Positions 1-10,453 of a stretch of 28,252 nt of DNA are shown piece after piece (position 1 is the stretch's first letter; every line of letters begins with the position of its first letter). The stretch lies in contig NW_008246076.1 of assembly GCF_000281045.1 (NCBI RefSeq), forward strand, positions 124,001 through 152,252. Direction: 5' to 3'. Below the pieces are notes generated by a model. It had not been told where the DNA came from. It saw nothing but the letters and a program-made list of their open reading frames with translations, and made no database searches. The DNA comes from Saprolegnia diclina VS20. Its lineage: Eukaryota. The translations under genes and the position numbers were made by a program.

Positions 1-1174
1 GGCGGCGAGATGTGGTGTGACAGGATGGTTCGCTGTGAGCTGCTCAGTTACGCACGTTCGTCAAGCTCAAATTGAGCGAAATTGAGCAATTTCATTGCGC
101 ATCGCCAGTCGCAGAGGCGCAAGTGATTCGTCGCGAGGCCGCAAAGCGTCGTTTGTGGTAATCATTTTAGAGAGCGATCGGGCGCTGTGGAGGAAGAGCC
201 GGCTGGACCTCGCTGCGATTGGCTACACCCTAGCTATTCTACGACGGCGTACCTGTACAAGATACTTGCATGCTCGCCGTGGCACCGGATGGGAAAGTTA
301 CGATAAGTGCGGTTCAGCCCACCTGGGTGACGGTGACGCACCATGCAGATGCTTCAACTCATTTGACGTGCTCCTCAAGGAGCGACGGACGCAGCGGGGC
401 AAGTGGCGCGTGCCTCTGGCTTGGGTCGACGCTATACGACACATAATCGTAGCGTGATGGGCAGCGCCGCCTTAGGTGCACGATGGCTTCCTCGCTGCTG
501 GCCTTCGCGGCTGACCCGAACGGGTCGGCCAATGAGCGTGCTTCTAGCCTACAAACACAGAACACGTCGTACCACTTTGCGCACTAACGTCAGGCAAGCG
601 AGCAGATGCTGGCGCTGGACACAACGGCGATATCAGGGGCACTGGAACAATTTTGCATCCGAGCTGCGGCACGAGGACCACGACAAAATAGCCTAGTTGT
701 TTAGGATTGAAATGCCTTTGAAAACGCTATTTTGGAGCATGGGACACGAGAAGATTTGTGCGTCGGGCTCGATCGGGCGACTCGCGATCGCGATCTGATT
801 GGTTGCGCGCTTTCGGGAAAGCACCCATTTCAAATGGCAACACAGCATGACGGCAATGTTGCATTTTGGCCCATGATTTTCCTCAATTTTTTCGATATGT
901 AACATAAAGCGCACCATTTTTCAACGCGAAGTTCGTCGTCGAAAAGACAAAATTCCTGCAATCAAACCTTCACAATGAAAGTGACCCAAACGTTGCGACT
1001 TGAAAGACACACGACGTGTCGCGGTTGGTCGACTTGGCGTTTAGCTGCTCGTTACAACTACAATATTGTACTTCCTCCAACAATGGGCTGCGTTGGTGGT
1101 GGAAGAAATAGCTGTTTTAAACGGGCAAAATTTCAATTCCACAGCCCCATTTTCAAACAATCGTCGTGTATCCT

Positions 1175-1213
1175 TCCACTTCAACCGCATCTATCCACTT
1201 CAACCGCATCGTA
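1175..1213 (+). repeat. Tandem 19-20 bp repeat TCCACTTCAACCGCATC(G)TA x2
   Basis: Units at 1175-1193 and 1194-1213. A degenerate continuation (TCCACCAACTGC) resumes at 1816, after the LINE remnant. Confidence 0.85.
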
Positions 1214-1802
1214 GCCATAGTGGCGGTCCGGTCCAGCTTGTCAGCCCTGATGCCCAACACAGCCTGCTCTGCGCTGCGCACGCCCGTGAAACGCACGACC
1301 ACCTTCTGGTGCGCCGTCCATCCATCCGCGAGGTCTGGCGCCTTCGACCCGATGCGCGAAATTTTGCAGCTGCAACTTCCATTGTCGGTCGGCGGCTTTC
1401 TCTACGATGCAGTCGCCATGCCGTTCTCAGCCCGCAAGTCAACCACCCGTGCCTCTGGCCAATCTTGCGCGCTTGCGTCTGTACAATCTTTGGCTCGAAC
1501 GCAACAACTGCGTGTTCCGCACGGCGTTGATGCCCCTTCCCGCTGCTGCGCTCGCGATCAAAGCAGCGACTATCACGCGATTGCATATCCCGCCCTTGGC
1601 TCGTCGCGCCGCGGTGCCTTCGCTCGCCGAGTCGCTTCATGCCCTACGCGCCGACCCTTGGTGTGCTCGCTACCTCATTCCCAACTCAATCCCGAGCCCC
1701 GACCAAGCGCCCTCAGCTTGACGTACCGGCCAAACCTCAAGCGCATTAGGACGTCCACCATCTTCACTATATAATTGCATCTTCACTAACTCATTTCAAC
1801 AA
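1214..1802 (+). mobile_element. 5'-truncated, frameshifted non-LTR retrotransposon (L1/Tx1-type) ORF2 C-terminal remnant
   Basis: Joining three reading frames gives HSLLCAAHARETHDHLLVRRPSIREVW (degenerate CCHC, CxxC...ETxxHLxxxCxxxxxxW) ... WPILRACV / LYNLWLERNNCVF (the IWxERNxxxF motif typical of L1-clade ORF2 ends). It has a stop at 1721, a (CAA)n tail at ~1797-1805 and a flanking 13-bp direct repeat CAACCGCATCGTA at 1201-1213 and 1803-1815. Confidence 0.75.
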
Positions 1803-1996
1803 CAACCGCATCGTATCCACCAACTGCCACACGGTGTGTCGCCGGCGGTTGCGGCGGGTGAGTCTTCGCCGTCCCGCAGCCGATCCTACAAGACGCTGCG
1901 TGATTGCCACCCGCTCTTGGATTCGAATCACGAATTTTGGAAGAAACCGCCGAAACCCGCTGCATATTTCGACTTGGCGGCCATTATCCTAGAACT

Positions 1997-2715
1997 ATGA
2001 GCATCTACGAAGGTCAGCACAAGACGCACCCGCGCCGCCTTCAGCAGTGCCGCATCAACCAGCAAAAGTACCGTGCGCAGGCGACCGCGGCCATGGAGCG
2101 CCTTCACAATCAAGTGCAGTCGCTTCTGACCGAGACCGCGCGACTCCAGGGCCGGCTCGAGTGGCTCCACCAAGCGCCGACGCGCGGCACCGTGGTCGCC
2201 CGTGCGTTCTTTGCCGCGTTCCGGCACGGCCTCGACGGCGCCACCGCCTTTGTCCAAACCCGTATGAGCCCGACGCTGCGCTTCCAAGGCACTGGCGACC
2301 TCACGGCGTTCGTCGACCATTGGCGCCGCTATGCGCAGCTCGAAATGACGGCACGCGCGATCGAGGCGGTGTTTCTCGACGAGACGAGCGGCGAGCTCCT
2401 GCACTGCATCGGGCAGCTGCGGTTGCACCTCGACGCCAAAAGCGTACAAGGTATCTTTCCCAGCCTGCCGCTGACAAGCGCCGCCTACACGTCTTTGGTG
2501 ACCGCCACCCTCGAGGTACCGTCGATATGAGATCTTATGTGGCCTTGGAGCTCAGGTGCAAGGACCGGTAGCTGCCGCTGGTTGTGCGCTTGATCGTCCA
2601 CGACGATGTCGTGACGGCGGTCGACGTGGACATTGGCTGGGCATCGTGTGTCGTCCGGCGCCTGGCGTCGGCGGCGGATGCAGCCGACGTTCTGCTTGAC
2701 GTCGTGCGACCATGA
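1997..2715 (+). CDS. Oomycete bZIP-like transcription factor (Cys-type basic region), 2 exons: 1997-2515, 2572-2715
   Basis: Basic region RRLQQCRINQQKYR is followed by the heptad zipper LHNQVQSLLTETARLQGRL. A 56-nt GT..AG intron (2516-2571) restores the C-terminus LPLVVRLIVHDDVVTAVDVDIGW...ADVLL, which aligns with the two paralogs. Confidence 0.85.
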
Positions 2716-3151
2716 GATGGCTGATAGCGCCCACTCGCATCAAGCCAGACGACGCAGCAAGGCCAACCGCCTCGCTTGCACTCGACTGCGTACTAGTACT
2801 CGTATATTTACCATCACCTCACGCCATGGAGCGTCTCGGACTTGCGTCTTTGTGGTTGAAGTGGATTCTGACTTGACATTTCGAGTCTTTGTTGCGTGGC
2901 AGCTGAAATCACGCCAAAAATCCCACGAGCAGGATCGTCCCAACTAGGACCGCTGCCTGAGCTTGGCAAGCGCCGCGCTACCAGTGGGGTTGTAGTGTGC
3001 TCTGGCACTGGAGTACCTCGGCATGATCCGTGTGGCGTTGTCTCTGTTGCGGTGCTGTAGTCCATGTTTGAACCGATGCGACGACTAGAATCACGCAACA
3101 CGACGAGGTTCAAAAGACGGGCTACGGCAGTGCGCGCCATCGATTAAGGTC

Positions 3152-3982
3152 TTATCGGCAGTCGTAGGCGGACTGCAAAAGGGGCTGCGGCGGCGAGCTC
3201 GGCGTCGGTGGGATCCAGCACGTGAGCTCGGCGTCGGGCGCGAGCTGGACGCCAGTCATGACGTCGCTGACATCGTGGAGGGAGCCCAGCAGCGTCAGGA
3301 GGCCGACTGTCATGTTCAAGTCCGTCTCGACGCGCGTCACCATGACGCGGTCGTCAACGAGCGTCATGTAGAAGAGCTGCGTGCATGGGCACACGATCTC
3401 TTGGCCGACGATGCGCTGCATGAGGGGCTCGTTCGAGAGCAGCTGCGGGCAGAGCGCGCCGACAGTCTCGCGGCCAATGCGCAGCGTGATGGTGCCGACG
3501 CCCGTGACAATGCGCGTGCTCTCGTCGACGCCGACCACGTCCCACGCCGACCCGACTTTCTGCAGCGTCCGAAACCAGCGCGCATACTGCGTCCAGTTGG
3601 AGAGGACTTTCTCGATGCCGCGATGGCCCATGACCTCGACGTCGTGGTGCATGAGGCTGCGGAGCATGGCCGATTGGGCGGTCGCCGTCGCCGCATCGTG
3701 AATGGCGTAGCCGTTCTCAAACATGAGCCAGTACTCGCGGCAGCGCGCAATGTTGTGGAGGTCCACCGAGACATACGAAGGCGGCGGGAGGCGCTGCACG
3801 GCCAGCGACAGCGAGTCGCATTGGCCTTCGAGGCGGGCTGTCTCGGTGCCAAGGCGCTCGACGGCGCCTTGGAGGAAATCGAGGCGCGCCCGGGCCTCGG
3901 CGCGGTACCGGCGCTGGTTGTTCCGGCACTGCGTCTGCCGGTGCACGCTCGGCTTCTTCCGCACCGACTTGGTCGGTGGCAT
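3152..3982 (-). CDS. Oomycete bZIP-like transcription factor (Cys-type basic region)
   Basis: Single 276-aa ORF. HRQTQCRNNQRRYR basic region, leucine zipper, and the conserved oomycete C-terminal domain ending VGLLTLLGSLHDVSDVM. Confidence 0.9.
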   Translation of the reverse strand: MPPTKSVRKKPSVHRQTQCRNNQRRYRAEARARLDFLQGAVERLGTETARLEGQCDSLSLAVQRLPPPSYVSVDLHNIARCREYWLMFENGYAIHDAATATAQSAMLRSLMHHDVEVMGHRGIEKVLSNWTQYARWFRTLQKVGSAWDVVGVDESTRIVTGVGTITLRIGRETVGALCPQLLSNEPLMQRIVGQEIVCPCTQLFYMTLVDDRVMVTRVETDLNMTVGLLTLLGSLHDVSDVMTGVQLAPDAELTCWIPPTPSSPPQPLLQSAYDCR

Positions 3983-4543
3983 TGCGATCGAGTTGCTTTC
4001 TGCGTCGTGACTTGCCCTTTGATTTTATGGAAGGTGGGATTTGTCGGACCGTATCCGGACTCTGATGTTCGACGAACTCTGCGCCATAGTTCCCATGATA
4101 TATATCCTAGCAGCTTCTCCTAGTGTGTCCTACGAGTGCAGCTCGCAGCCATGCCCGTATGCACCGGTAGCTTGCCGACCAAGACGACGTTGCCTTACGT
4201 AAGCGGTTGCGTGACGCCACCTCAGTAATCACGATCCCACAAGCTGCGTGCTCAGTGCGCGACTGGTCAGAGGCCAGAACCGTCGACTGCAACTCATGCC
4301 AGGTGCAGCGCATCCCGCCACCGAGTGTGCTATTACACTGTATGTTGCCGGAGCTGTCATGTACAGTGTAAGACTTGGGTGATCGTCAGTGTCGTCAGCT
4401 CTAAGGGCTAGCTACTCTGTCGGCTGCGCCTTGGTTTACGGACCGGACAGACGCGGCTCGCATCATCCTCAATGTCGTATGCGTTGGTCAACGGCGGTTC
4501 CGAATACGTTGGCTCGAATTTAGAGAAAGATAAGTATGGGAGG

Positions 4544-5377
4544 TTAGCTACTGTAGATGTGGGGCGGTCCCGTGTTGTGTGGTGTGGCAAGGTCCGGGCT
4601 GTAGTACGTCCGAGGTGCCAAAGTGATCTCGCCCGACGGTGCGATCAACGCACCGTGCATGACATCAACCACGTCCTGTAGATCGTAGAGCAGCGCGACA
4701 AGGCCCCGTGTAAAGTCCAAGCTCGACTCGAGACGCGTCACACGAGTCTCGCTTGGATACGCGGGGTGGTGCGGCGCAAAGGCAAAGGTGAGCTGCAGCG
4801 GGCAGTCGAGGATGCGGCCTTCGAGCCGCGCGCGCAGACGCGGCTGCTCCAGCACGTGAGGGCAGACGCTACTGAGCGTTTCGGCGGTCACCCCCAAGCG
4901 CAGCGAGCCGCAGCTTCGCACGACGTGACCATGGTCGAGCTCCATGACCTCGGCCGTATCGAGCTGCATGTGAATGGTGGCAAACGTGTAGGCATACTGG
5001 CGGTTCTGGTCCAGGATCTTTTCAACACCCGTCGTGCCCATGACGGCTACTGTCTCGGCGAAGAGCCCTCGGATCGTCGCCACTTGGTGTGCGGCCAAGT
5101 TGGGATCGTGCGCCGCGTAGCCAGATGCCATGACGCGCCAGTAGTTGCGACACCGCTCGAGGTCGCGGCCCATCGGTCCTTGCCTCGCCTTCCACGCCAG
5201 CGTTTGCTTGTACGTCTCGACGTGGCCCTCGAGCCGTGCCGTGGTCCGCATGAGCTCAAGGACCTGGGCCTCGAGCTGCTCTTTGAGGCTCCGGGCTTGC
5301 TCGCGGTACCGTCGCTGGTTGTTACGACACTGCTCTTGGCGGCGCGCGGTCACTGGACGCTTCTTCGTCGCCACCAT
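4544..5377 (-). CDS. Oomycete bZIP-like transcription factor (Cys-type basic region)
   Basis: Reads MVATKKRPVTARRQEQCRNNQRRYR followed by a zipper and is a paralog of 3152-3982. The start is placed at 5377 by paralog alignment and an Inr-like GTCATTCTCCAAC just upstream (~5385-5397, minus strand). Confidence 0.88.
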   Translation of the reverse strand: MVATKKRPVTARRQEQCRNNQRRYREQARSLKEQLEAQVLELMRTTARLEGHVETYKQTLAWKARQGPMGRDLERCRNYWRVMASGYAAHDPNLAAHQVATIRGLFAETVAVMGTTGVEKILDQNRQYAYTFATIHMQLDTAEVMELDHGHVVRSCGSLRLGVTAETLSSVCPHVLEQPRLRARLEGRILDCPLQLTFAFAPHHPAYPSETRVTRLESSLDFTRGLVALLYDLQDVVDVMHGALIAPSGEITLAPRTYYSPDLATPHNTGPPHIYSS

Positions 5378-6488
5378 CCGAGTTGTTGGAGAATGACGTT
5401 GAGCGAGATCAGCTGGCCGAGATTGCGCAGCCAATAAGAATCGCGTATATTGATGAAACGGCACGTTTCGAAAAGGGGGTGCTACCACGACCCCATGAAA
5501 CGACATTGCCGTTTCAAACGCTTGTGAGACTTTGACTCAGTTTCCAGCATTCCCGTAGGCTGCAGGCGCAGTAAAGAGGCTATCTATCACCTCGTGCACG
5601 AGCAAACTCGATCTTGCATATATTACATGTCGTTGCATTAGGATTGAACTACACATGTGAAAAAGCCACATTTTACGAATCGTTAATGCTGCTGCCGACG
5701 AGATCGTGCGACGGAGCCCGTTGCACAGCCAACCTTCAACCGTCATTTGCCCACGTGATACATCTTCGAAGGTTCAAGCCCGCTCACGCCATCATTGCAC
5801 CTTCTGTGCAACGTAGGACACGCATGATGTGCTAAGCGCAAGGGCTAACGAAATCGAGACGACAGAGACGTCGTTTGCATGCCCGTCATGCGCATACCAA
5901 GTCGACGCTAAGCGTACGAGCACATACATCCATGTCACGAGGGGTTTCGACGTCGTATTTGGCCCTCTTCGTAATCTCAGGAGTCGTTGGCGGACGGAGA
6001 GCCAAGCGGTTGCAAACATCTTTGGCTTCGTATTCGCTTCTCCGGACGCCGCGCACGACGCGGCTGGTACTAATCATTGCAATCTCGTGCGTCCGCAAAC
6101 AGCGAAAATGCAACGACCGAATAGGAACTACTCGTAACATTTTTTCCACACCGCTCTATTCGGAAGCATGAAATAAATGTCCAGCCACTTTCTCGGCGGC
6201 TGTACGTTGGGCGCGCTAGTGCTGTAGCCAAGCACAAAGTTAACCGATATTTTGTGCAGTAGGTACTATCAACAATGCTCTCTAGTCGATGACGATTGAT
6301 GCGTTCAATAACGCAACAAATTGGGGCTGAACGTCACCTTATGTAAAATTTGCAGTCGCGTTCTGAGTTCTCCTGCCAGAACCGAAAGTGTGATTGCACC
6401 GTCACAATGCATATCCAAATACGATATCTCAATATATCGGATGTGAGAGGTAGGTAGAGCCAGCATCGGCCACATTTAAAACATCCAA

Positions 6489-6755
6489 ATGTGGCACAAA
6501 GCACGTGGTCCAGCACGGTTGGCACGGACCTTGGCAACGACGACGACGCCGGCGACGACGCTCGCGAGCCGCAGCGTCCTGCAGCACCTCGTGTGCCCCA
6601 TCTCCAAGCTGCCGCTCGAGCACCTCGAGGCTCAAGGCATCCTCTTCTGCCGCGAGATCCGCGTGGCGTACCCGATCCGCCATGGCATCCCGATCCTTGT
6701 GCCCACCGAAGGCCGCATCGTGCCCGAAGACGAGCCGGTGCCCTCGCTCGCCTAG
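6489..6755 (+). CDS. Trm112-like / UPF0434 (PreY/PYURF-like) small protein, probably mitochondrial
   Basis: Signature LVCPISKLPL...LFC..IRVAYPIRHGIPILVPTEGR. The N-terminus is Arg/Thr/Ala-rich with no acidic residues, resembling a mitochondrial presequence. Confidence 0.88.
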   Translation: MWHKARGPARLARTLATTTTPATTLASRSVLQHLVCPISKLPLEHLEAQGILFCREIRVAYPIRHGIPILVPTEGRIVPEDEPVPSLA

Positions 6756-6885
6756 CTGCGCCCATGTCTGCGCCTTCTATCGACCTCGAGCCATGCGCCC
6801 ATGCCTGCCATTGAGCCATCGAAGGACCTCACGTCATGCAAATATAGAAAACAACGTCGTTCAATCATCGAGTCCTGATCGCCGA

Positions 6886-9033
6886 CTACGTGTGCATGCG
6901 CACCGACCGCACGGGGTTGCGCCGGAGCGACGGCGTGCTGTTGGCCTCGCGCGGCTGCGTGCTGCGGTCAGGTGTCGTAAAGAGGTCGCGGGCCGCCGGC
7001 GCGTGCAGCGGCTCGTCGGCGCCGCGGCGTGCTTTGCCGGCCTTGGACGAGCTCTGGGGCGTGCGTAGTATCCGAGGCGCCGACACGGTCGTCGACGGCT
7101 CGACAAAGTTGTACCGAAGCACTTGGTGCGTCGACGTCATGAGGTCAGCGGCCGGTCCCGCGGGCGAGGCTGCGAGCGACGGGCCCACCACGAGGGCTAC
7201 AAATATCAATGTTTCAACCTGCTCAACAACACTACCTTCGTACCGTTGCGGTTCTCAAGCGACGCGCCCTTTTGCGGCGTCGTCGACCAGCCAAACGCAG
7301 CGTAGTAGCGTTCTACAGCACCAGCGCATGAGACCACCGACACCTTCGCATCGAGTAGAGCGCAAAATTTGACCTTTGCGGGGCTTGGGCCCGGCCGACA
7401 CGACGACTACCGGTGGCGGCGTCACGGGCTCGTCGAGGTTGAGCGTTCGCGCCGTGGCCGTGACCTTGACCGTCGCCGTCGAGCGCTTCCCCGAGTAGAG
7501 ACCCGGCGCGTAGGCAGCTGCATCACTCGTGTCGGCCAGGGCTCGAAGATGGGTCGGCAATACGTCGCCGGCCGTCTGGTTGAGCTGTGTCGCTTTGAGC
7601 AGTGCTTGGAGCGCCGCATGGTTGGCCACCGACGGCAGTGCATGCGCGAGGGCATATGCTTGGTCATAGTCGCTGCGACCGAGGTAGAGACGCACGAGGA
7701 GCTCATGGTGGCGGTCGTCGGCCAAGAGAAACGCGTGCACGAGCGGCAGTTCGGTCGGCGACCAATGCAATGCGAGCACCCAGTGGCGCAAACTGTCGTT
7801 TGCGACGTGCCACGTCAGCAACTGGGGCAGACGCGCGGCGTTTTGGCGCGGAAACGCGCGGAGAAGCCGCCACGCGCCCTCGACGTCGTGCATGGCCAAG
7901 TGCAACTCCAAGAGCAAATCGACATCGTCTTCGGACGCTGGCGTCGTCGACCAGAGCTGCCACGCGAGCGACGGCTGCTGGTGCCGCAGCAGCACATGGA
8001 CGAGCGCGAGCAGGATCGAGCGGTCGAGAAGGTGCGACGGCTGCAAGAGCGTCGCGGCCTCGGACGCATGCACGTTGTACTGGAGGCACCAGAGCCCGAG
8101 GATCGAGCGCGACCAGATGTCGTTCAGACCGAGCGCGGTGGCCAGGCGACGTGTCGTGGCTTGCAGCGTCGCGAGCGGCTGCGGCGCGGCCTTGGGCTTG
8201 GCGCACGACGCCAGCATTTCCAGGCCCATGAAGAGCAAGATGGCCGACGACACTTCAAGCGAGGTCGCGGTCGGTGTGTACAGGGTCTGCCACAGCGCGA
8301 GGCCGGTCGATGGCGGCGGCGAGAGCGGGGCGACCTGCGCGGCGTCGCAGATGGCGGCCAGGACCAGTGGCGCCTGCGTGTGGAAGCGGCGAGAGAGCCC
8401 GGCGGCGTCGTAGTGCACTTTGTGCAGCGCGCTCTCATCGACGAGCCACTGGCCAAACGAGAGGCGCAGCGTCGTGTCGTGCAGCGTCCGCAGGAGCTGG
8501 TCCAGGTACGAGCGGGCTTCCTGCGTCAAGGCCGCGGCTTCGGGCACGGCCAATGGCCCTGCCGCGAGTTCGAGACGGTCCGTGAGCGCCTTGAGAACAT
8601 GGCGCAGACCGCGCAGCGAGCGCAGGTGCGCGCCAAGGTCCATGTTGGGCTTGCCGCCCACAAAGAGCTGGTCGAGGGCGGTCGTTGCCGTCGCGGCCAG
8701 CTCTGTCACATGCTTCGCGGCCCACGTCTGGACGGCCACGGGCTCGTTGAGGACAAACTCCTTCTTCTTGTCGAGCGCGAGGACATACGAGCCAATGATG
8801 CTCGAGAGGCCATGGTACAGGGCCACGTCCAGCAAGGCTTCACGCTGCGTGAGGCGGGGTGCGCCGGCCTCGACGTCGATGCCTGCCCGGCGGAAGATCC
8901 CGGCGGCGAAGAAGTCGGCAAAGGTGGCTTCCGGCGACTGAAAGATGCTGAAGCCATGCTCGGCGAACGTGTCTAGGACCTACATGGGCCATGAGACCGA
9001 GGTCGACGCGTCGGCCTGTACCGGCAGCGACAT
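6886..9033 (-). CDS. ELYS/Mel-28-like nuclear pore assembly protein, 4 exons: 9033-9022, 8979-7374, 7312-7244, 7196-6886
   Basis: The helical region GLWCLQ..EAATLL..LLRHQQPSLAW..VEGAWRLLR..LHWSPTE..ELLVRLYLGRSDYDQA follows the ELYS-domain pattern. Three GT-AG introns (42, 61, 47 nt) give a continuous frame ending in a basic, S/T/P-rich tail. Confidence 0.7.
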
Positions 9034-9814
9034 GGGGCGCTCTCGTTTTCTTGTTGCCAACCACCAAATCCGGACAATACTGTCATTTTGCATACCCTCT
9101 GCCAAAGCATACTTATATTCCACGCTACCTGTATCATCTAATATTAAGCAACAGCTTTGCTTTGTACTCCCTCTGCAAGCTCCCTCCGCATCTTACAATG
9201 CTGGACAGACAAGTTCATGAGACCGTCTACCTAGCTAAATAGTCCTTTTTCTAAATCGCAGCTGCTTCGATGCCCGTTCGATGGACACTCGTTTGCGCAT
9301 AACCCTAAACTCTGTCGGGTGGTCCGAGAACAGGAGCCTGCGTACGACCTCGCGCGAACTATGCCTCGGCGAGTGGGGTCCACCACGGGATGGATCTCTC
9401 CGTACGCAGCTCACTCTCAACGACCAAGTGCTAACTCCCACGCATTCAGGCGTAGCGCTACGTATGCGAAGTCTTTGTGTCACATTGAAGATAACGCGGA
9501 ACACGTTCATATATATAACCCTAAACTCGGCGCAGCTGCAGTAGCGGTAGCTCGCGTCGTTGCGCACGGTGTCTAAAGCTTGGCATCTGCCTCATTACCT
9601 CGTTGCTAGGTAGAAGAAGCAAGCGAGCGTACGCCCTTGTCATGCAGGCTGGAGGTGTTGCCGTCACGGGTAAGCAGGCATAGGCATGATGTTGGGATCG
9701 GCCATGCAGCGAGACGTACGACGAGCCCAAAATCAAAACGCCCGTGCATTAGAAATGCATAGGCAGTCGACGCTACGACGCGCAGAGGTTCATTACGCTA
9801 CATGCAAGCGACGC

Positions 9815-10453
9815 TCAGGGCGCATACGCCGACGGAATCGTCGACGGGAGGTCGTTGGCGGTTGTCGCGATCGCGCACACAAAGCGCGGCGCGGCCTTGC
9901 CACACACGGCGTGAAGCATCATGTTCCACTGCGCCGTGGCGTCGTCAAAGGCAGGGTAGTGCGGGTCAAACCACGTCTCGCGGATCTTGCCAGCTTTGGC
10001 CGTCATCTTGCCGACCTTGCCGGAGAGGTCGCCGGCTTCGCACTTGGCTTCGCACTCGGCGTACGAGGCGGGCGTGCAGTTGTACGCAAAGCCAGCTTGG
10101 GCGACCGTCGCCTTGCACTTGTCATCAATGTGCTCCGAGTTGGGGCCGCAGGCGAGCGTCGGGTCGTAGTGGTTGCCAGCGATGGCCAAGCTGCAGCCGC
10201 TCGTGAACGCCGACGACGCCTTGTTGGACCACTTGGTGTGGACATGCCACGTAAACGACTCGATTGGGCCGTTGCAGTTGGCATCGGCGGCGCTCAAGGC
10301 TGTCCAGTTGGCGCTTGAGACGTCGAGGTTGGCCGTGATCGTCGCGCCGTAGCCGTGGTAGTGCACGGCGACGTGGCCAGCGACGCCGCCCGCGAGCGTC
10401 GGGTCAAAGGCGTACACAAGGCTGTGGCTCTCGGCGTAGCGGTGGTGGAGCAT
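9815..10453 (-). CDS. Cu-only superoxide dismutase-like protein (Cu/Zn SOD fold)
   Basis: Motifs WHVH, GNHYDP, CEAGDLSGK and MMLHA..PRFVCA. The Cu ligands are present; the Zn-ligand His residues and the electrostatic loop are absent. Confidence 0.88.
   Translation of the reverse strand: MLHHRYAESHSLVYAFDPTLAGGVAGHVAVHYHGYGATITANLDVSSANWTALSAADANCNGPIESFTWHVHTKWSNKASSAFTSGCSLAIAGNHYDPTLACGPNSEHIDDKCKATVAQAGFAYNCTPASYAECEAKCEAGDLSGKVGKMTAKAGKIRETWFDPHYPAFDDATAQWNMMLHAVCGKAAPRFVCAIATTANDLPSTIPSAYAP

Noticed and set aside
1..1170. Short ORFs (95-457, 403-696, 693-917) and the GCTCAAATTGAGC palindrome/AATTGAGC repeat at ~65-88
   Set aside because: No recognisable motifs or consistent splice path, and the repeats are too short to be significant.
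5537..6330. Several 70-100 aa ORFs, one containing CPSC
   Set aside because: No family signature and mutually overlapping frames; treated as intergenic.
7369..8976. 535-aa plus-strand ORF and other long antisense ORFs over real genes (e.g. 3275-4123, 4766-5437, 18070-18828, 22062-22925)
   Set aside because: These are shadow ORFs caused by high GC3 codon bias on the opposite strand.
9317..9535. RNase P/MRP-like P4 pairing (GGTCCGAG with CTCGG)
   Set aside because: The conserved GAA of CR-I is missing and pairing beyond 5-6 bp fails. Kept only as a generic structured-RNA candidate.
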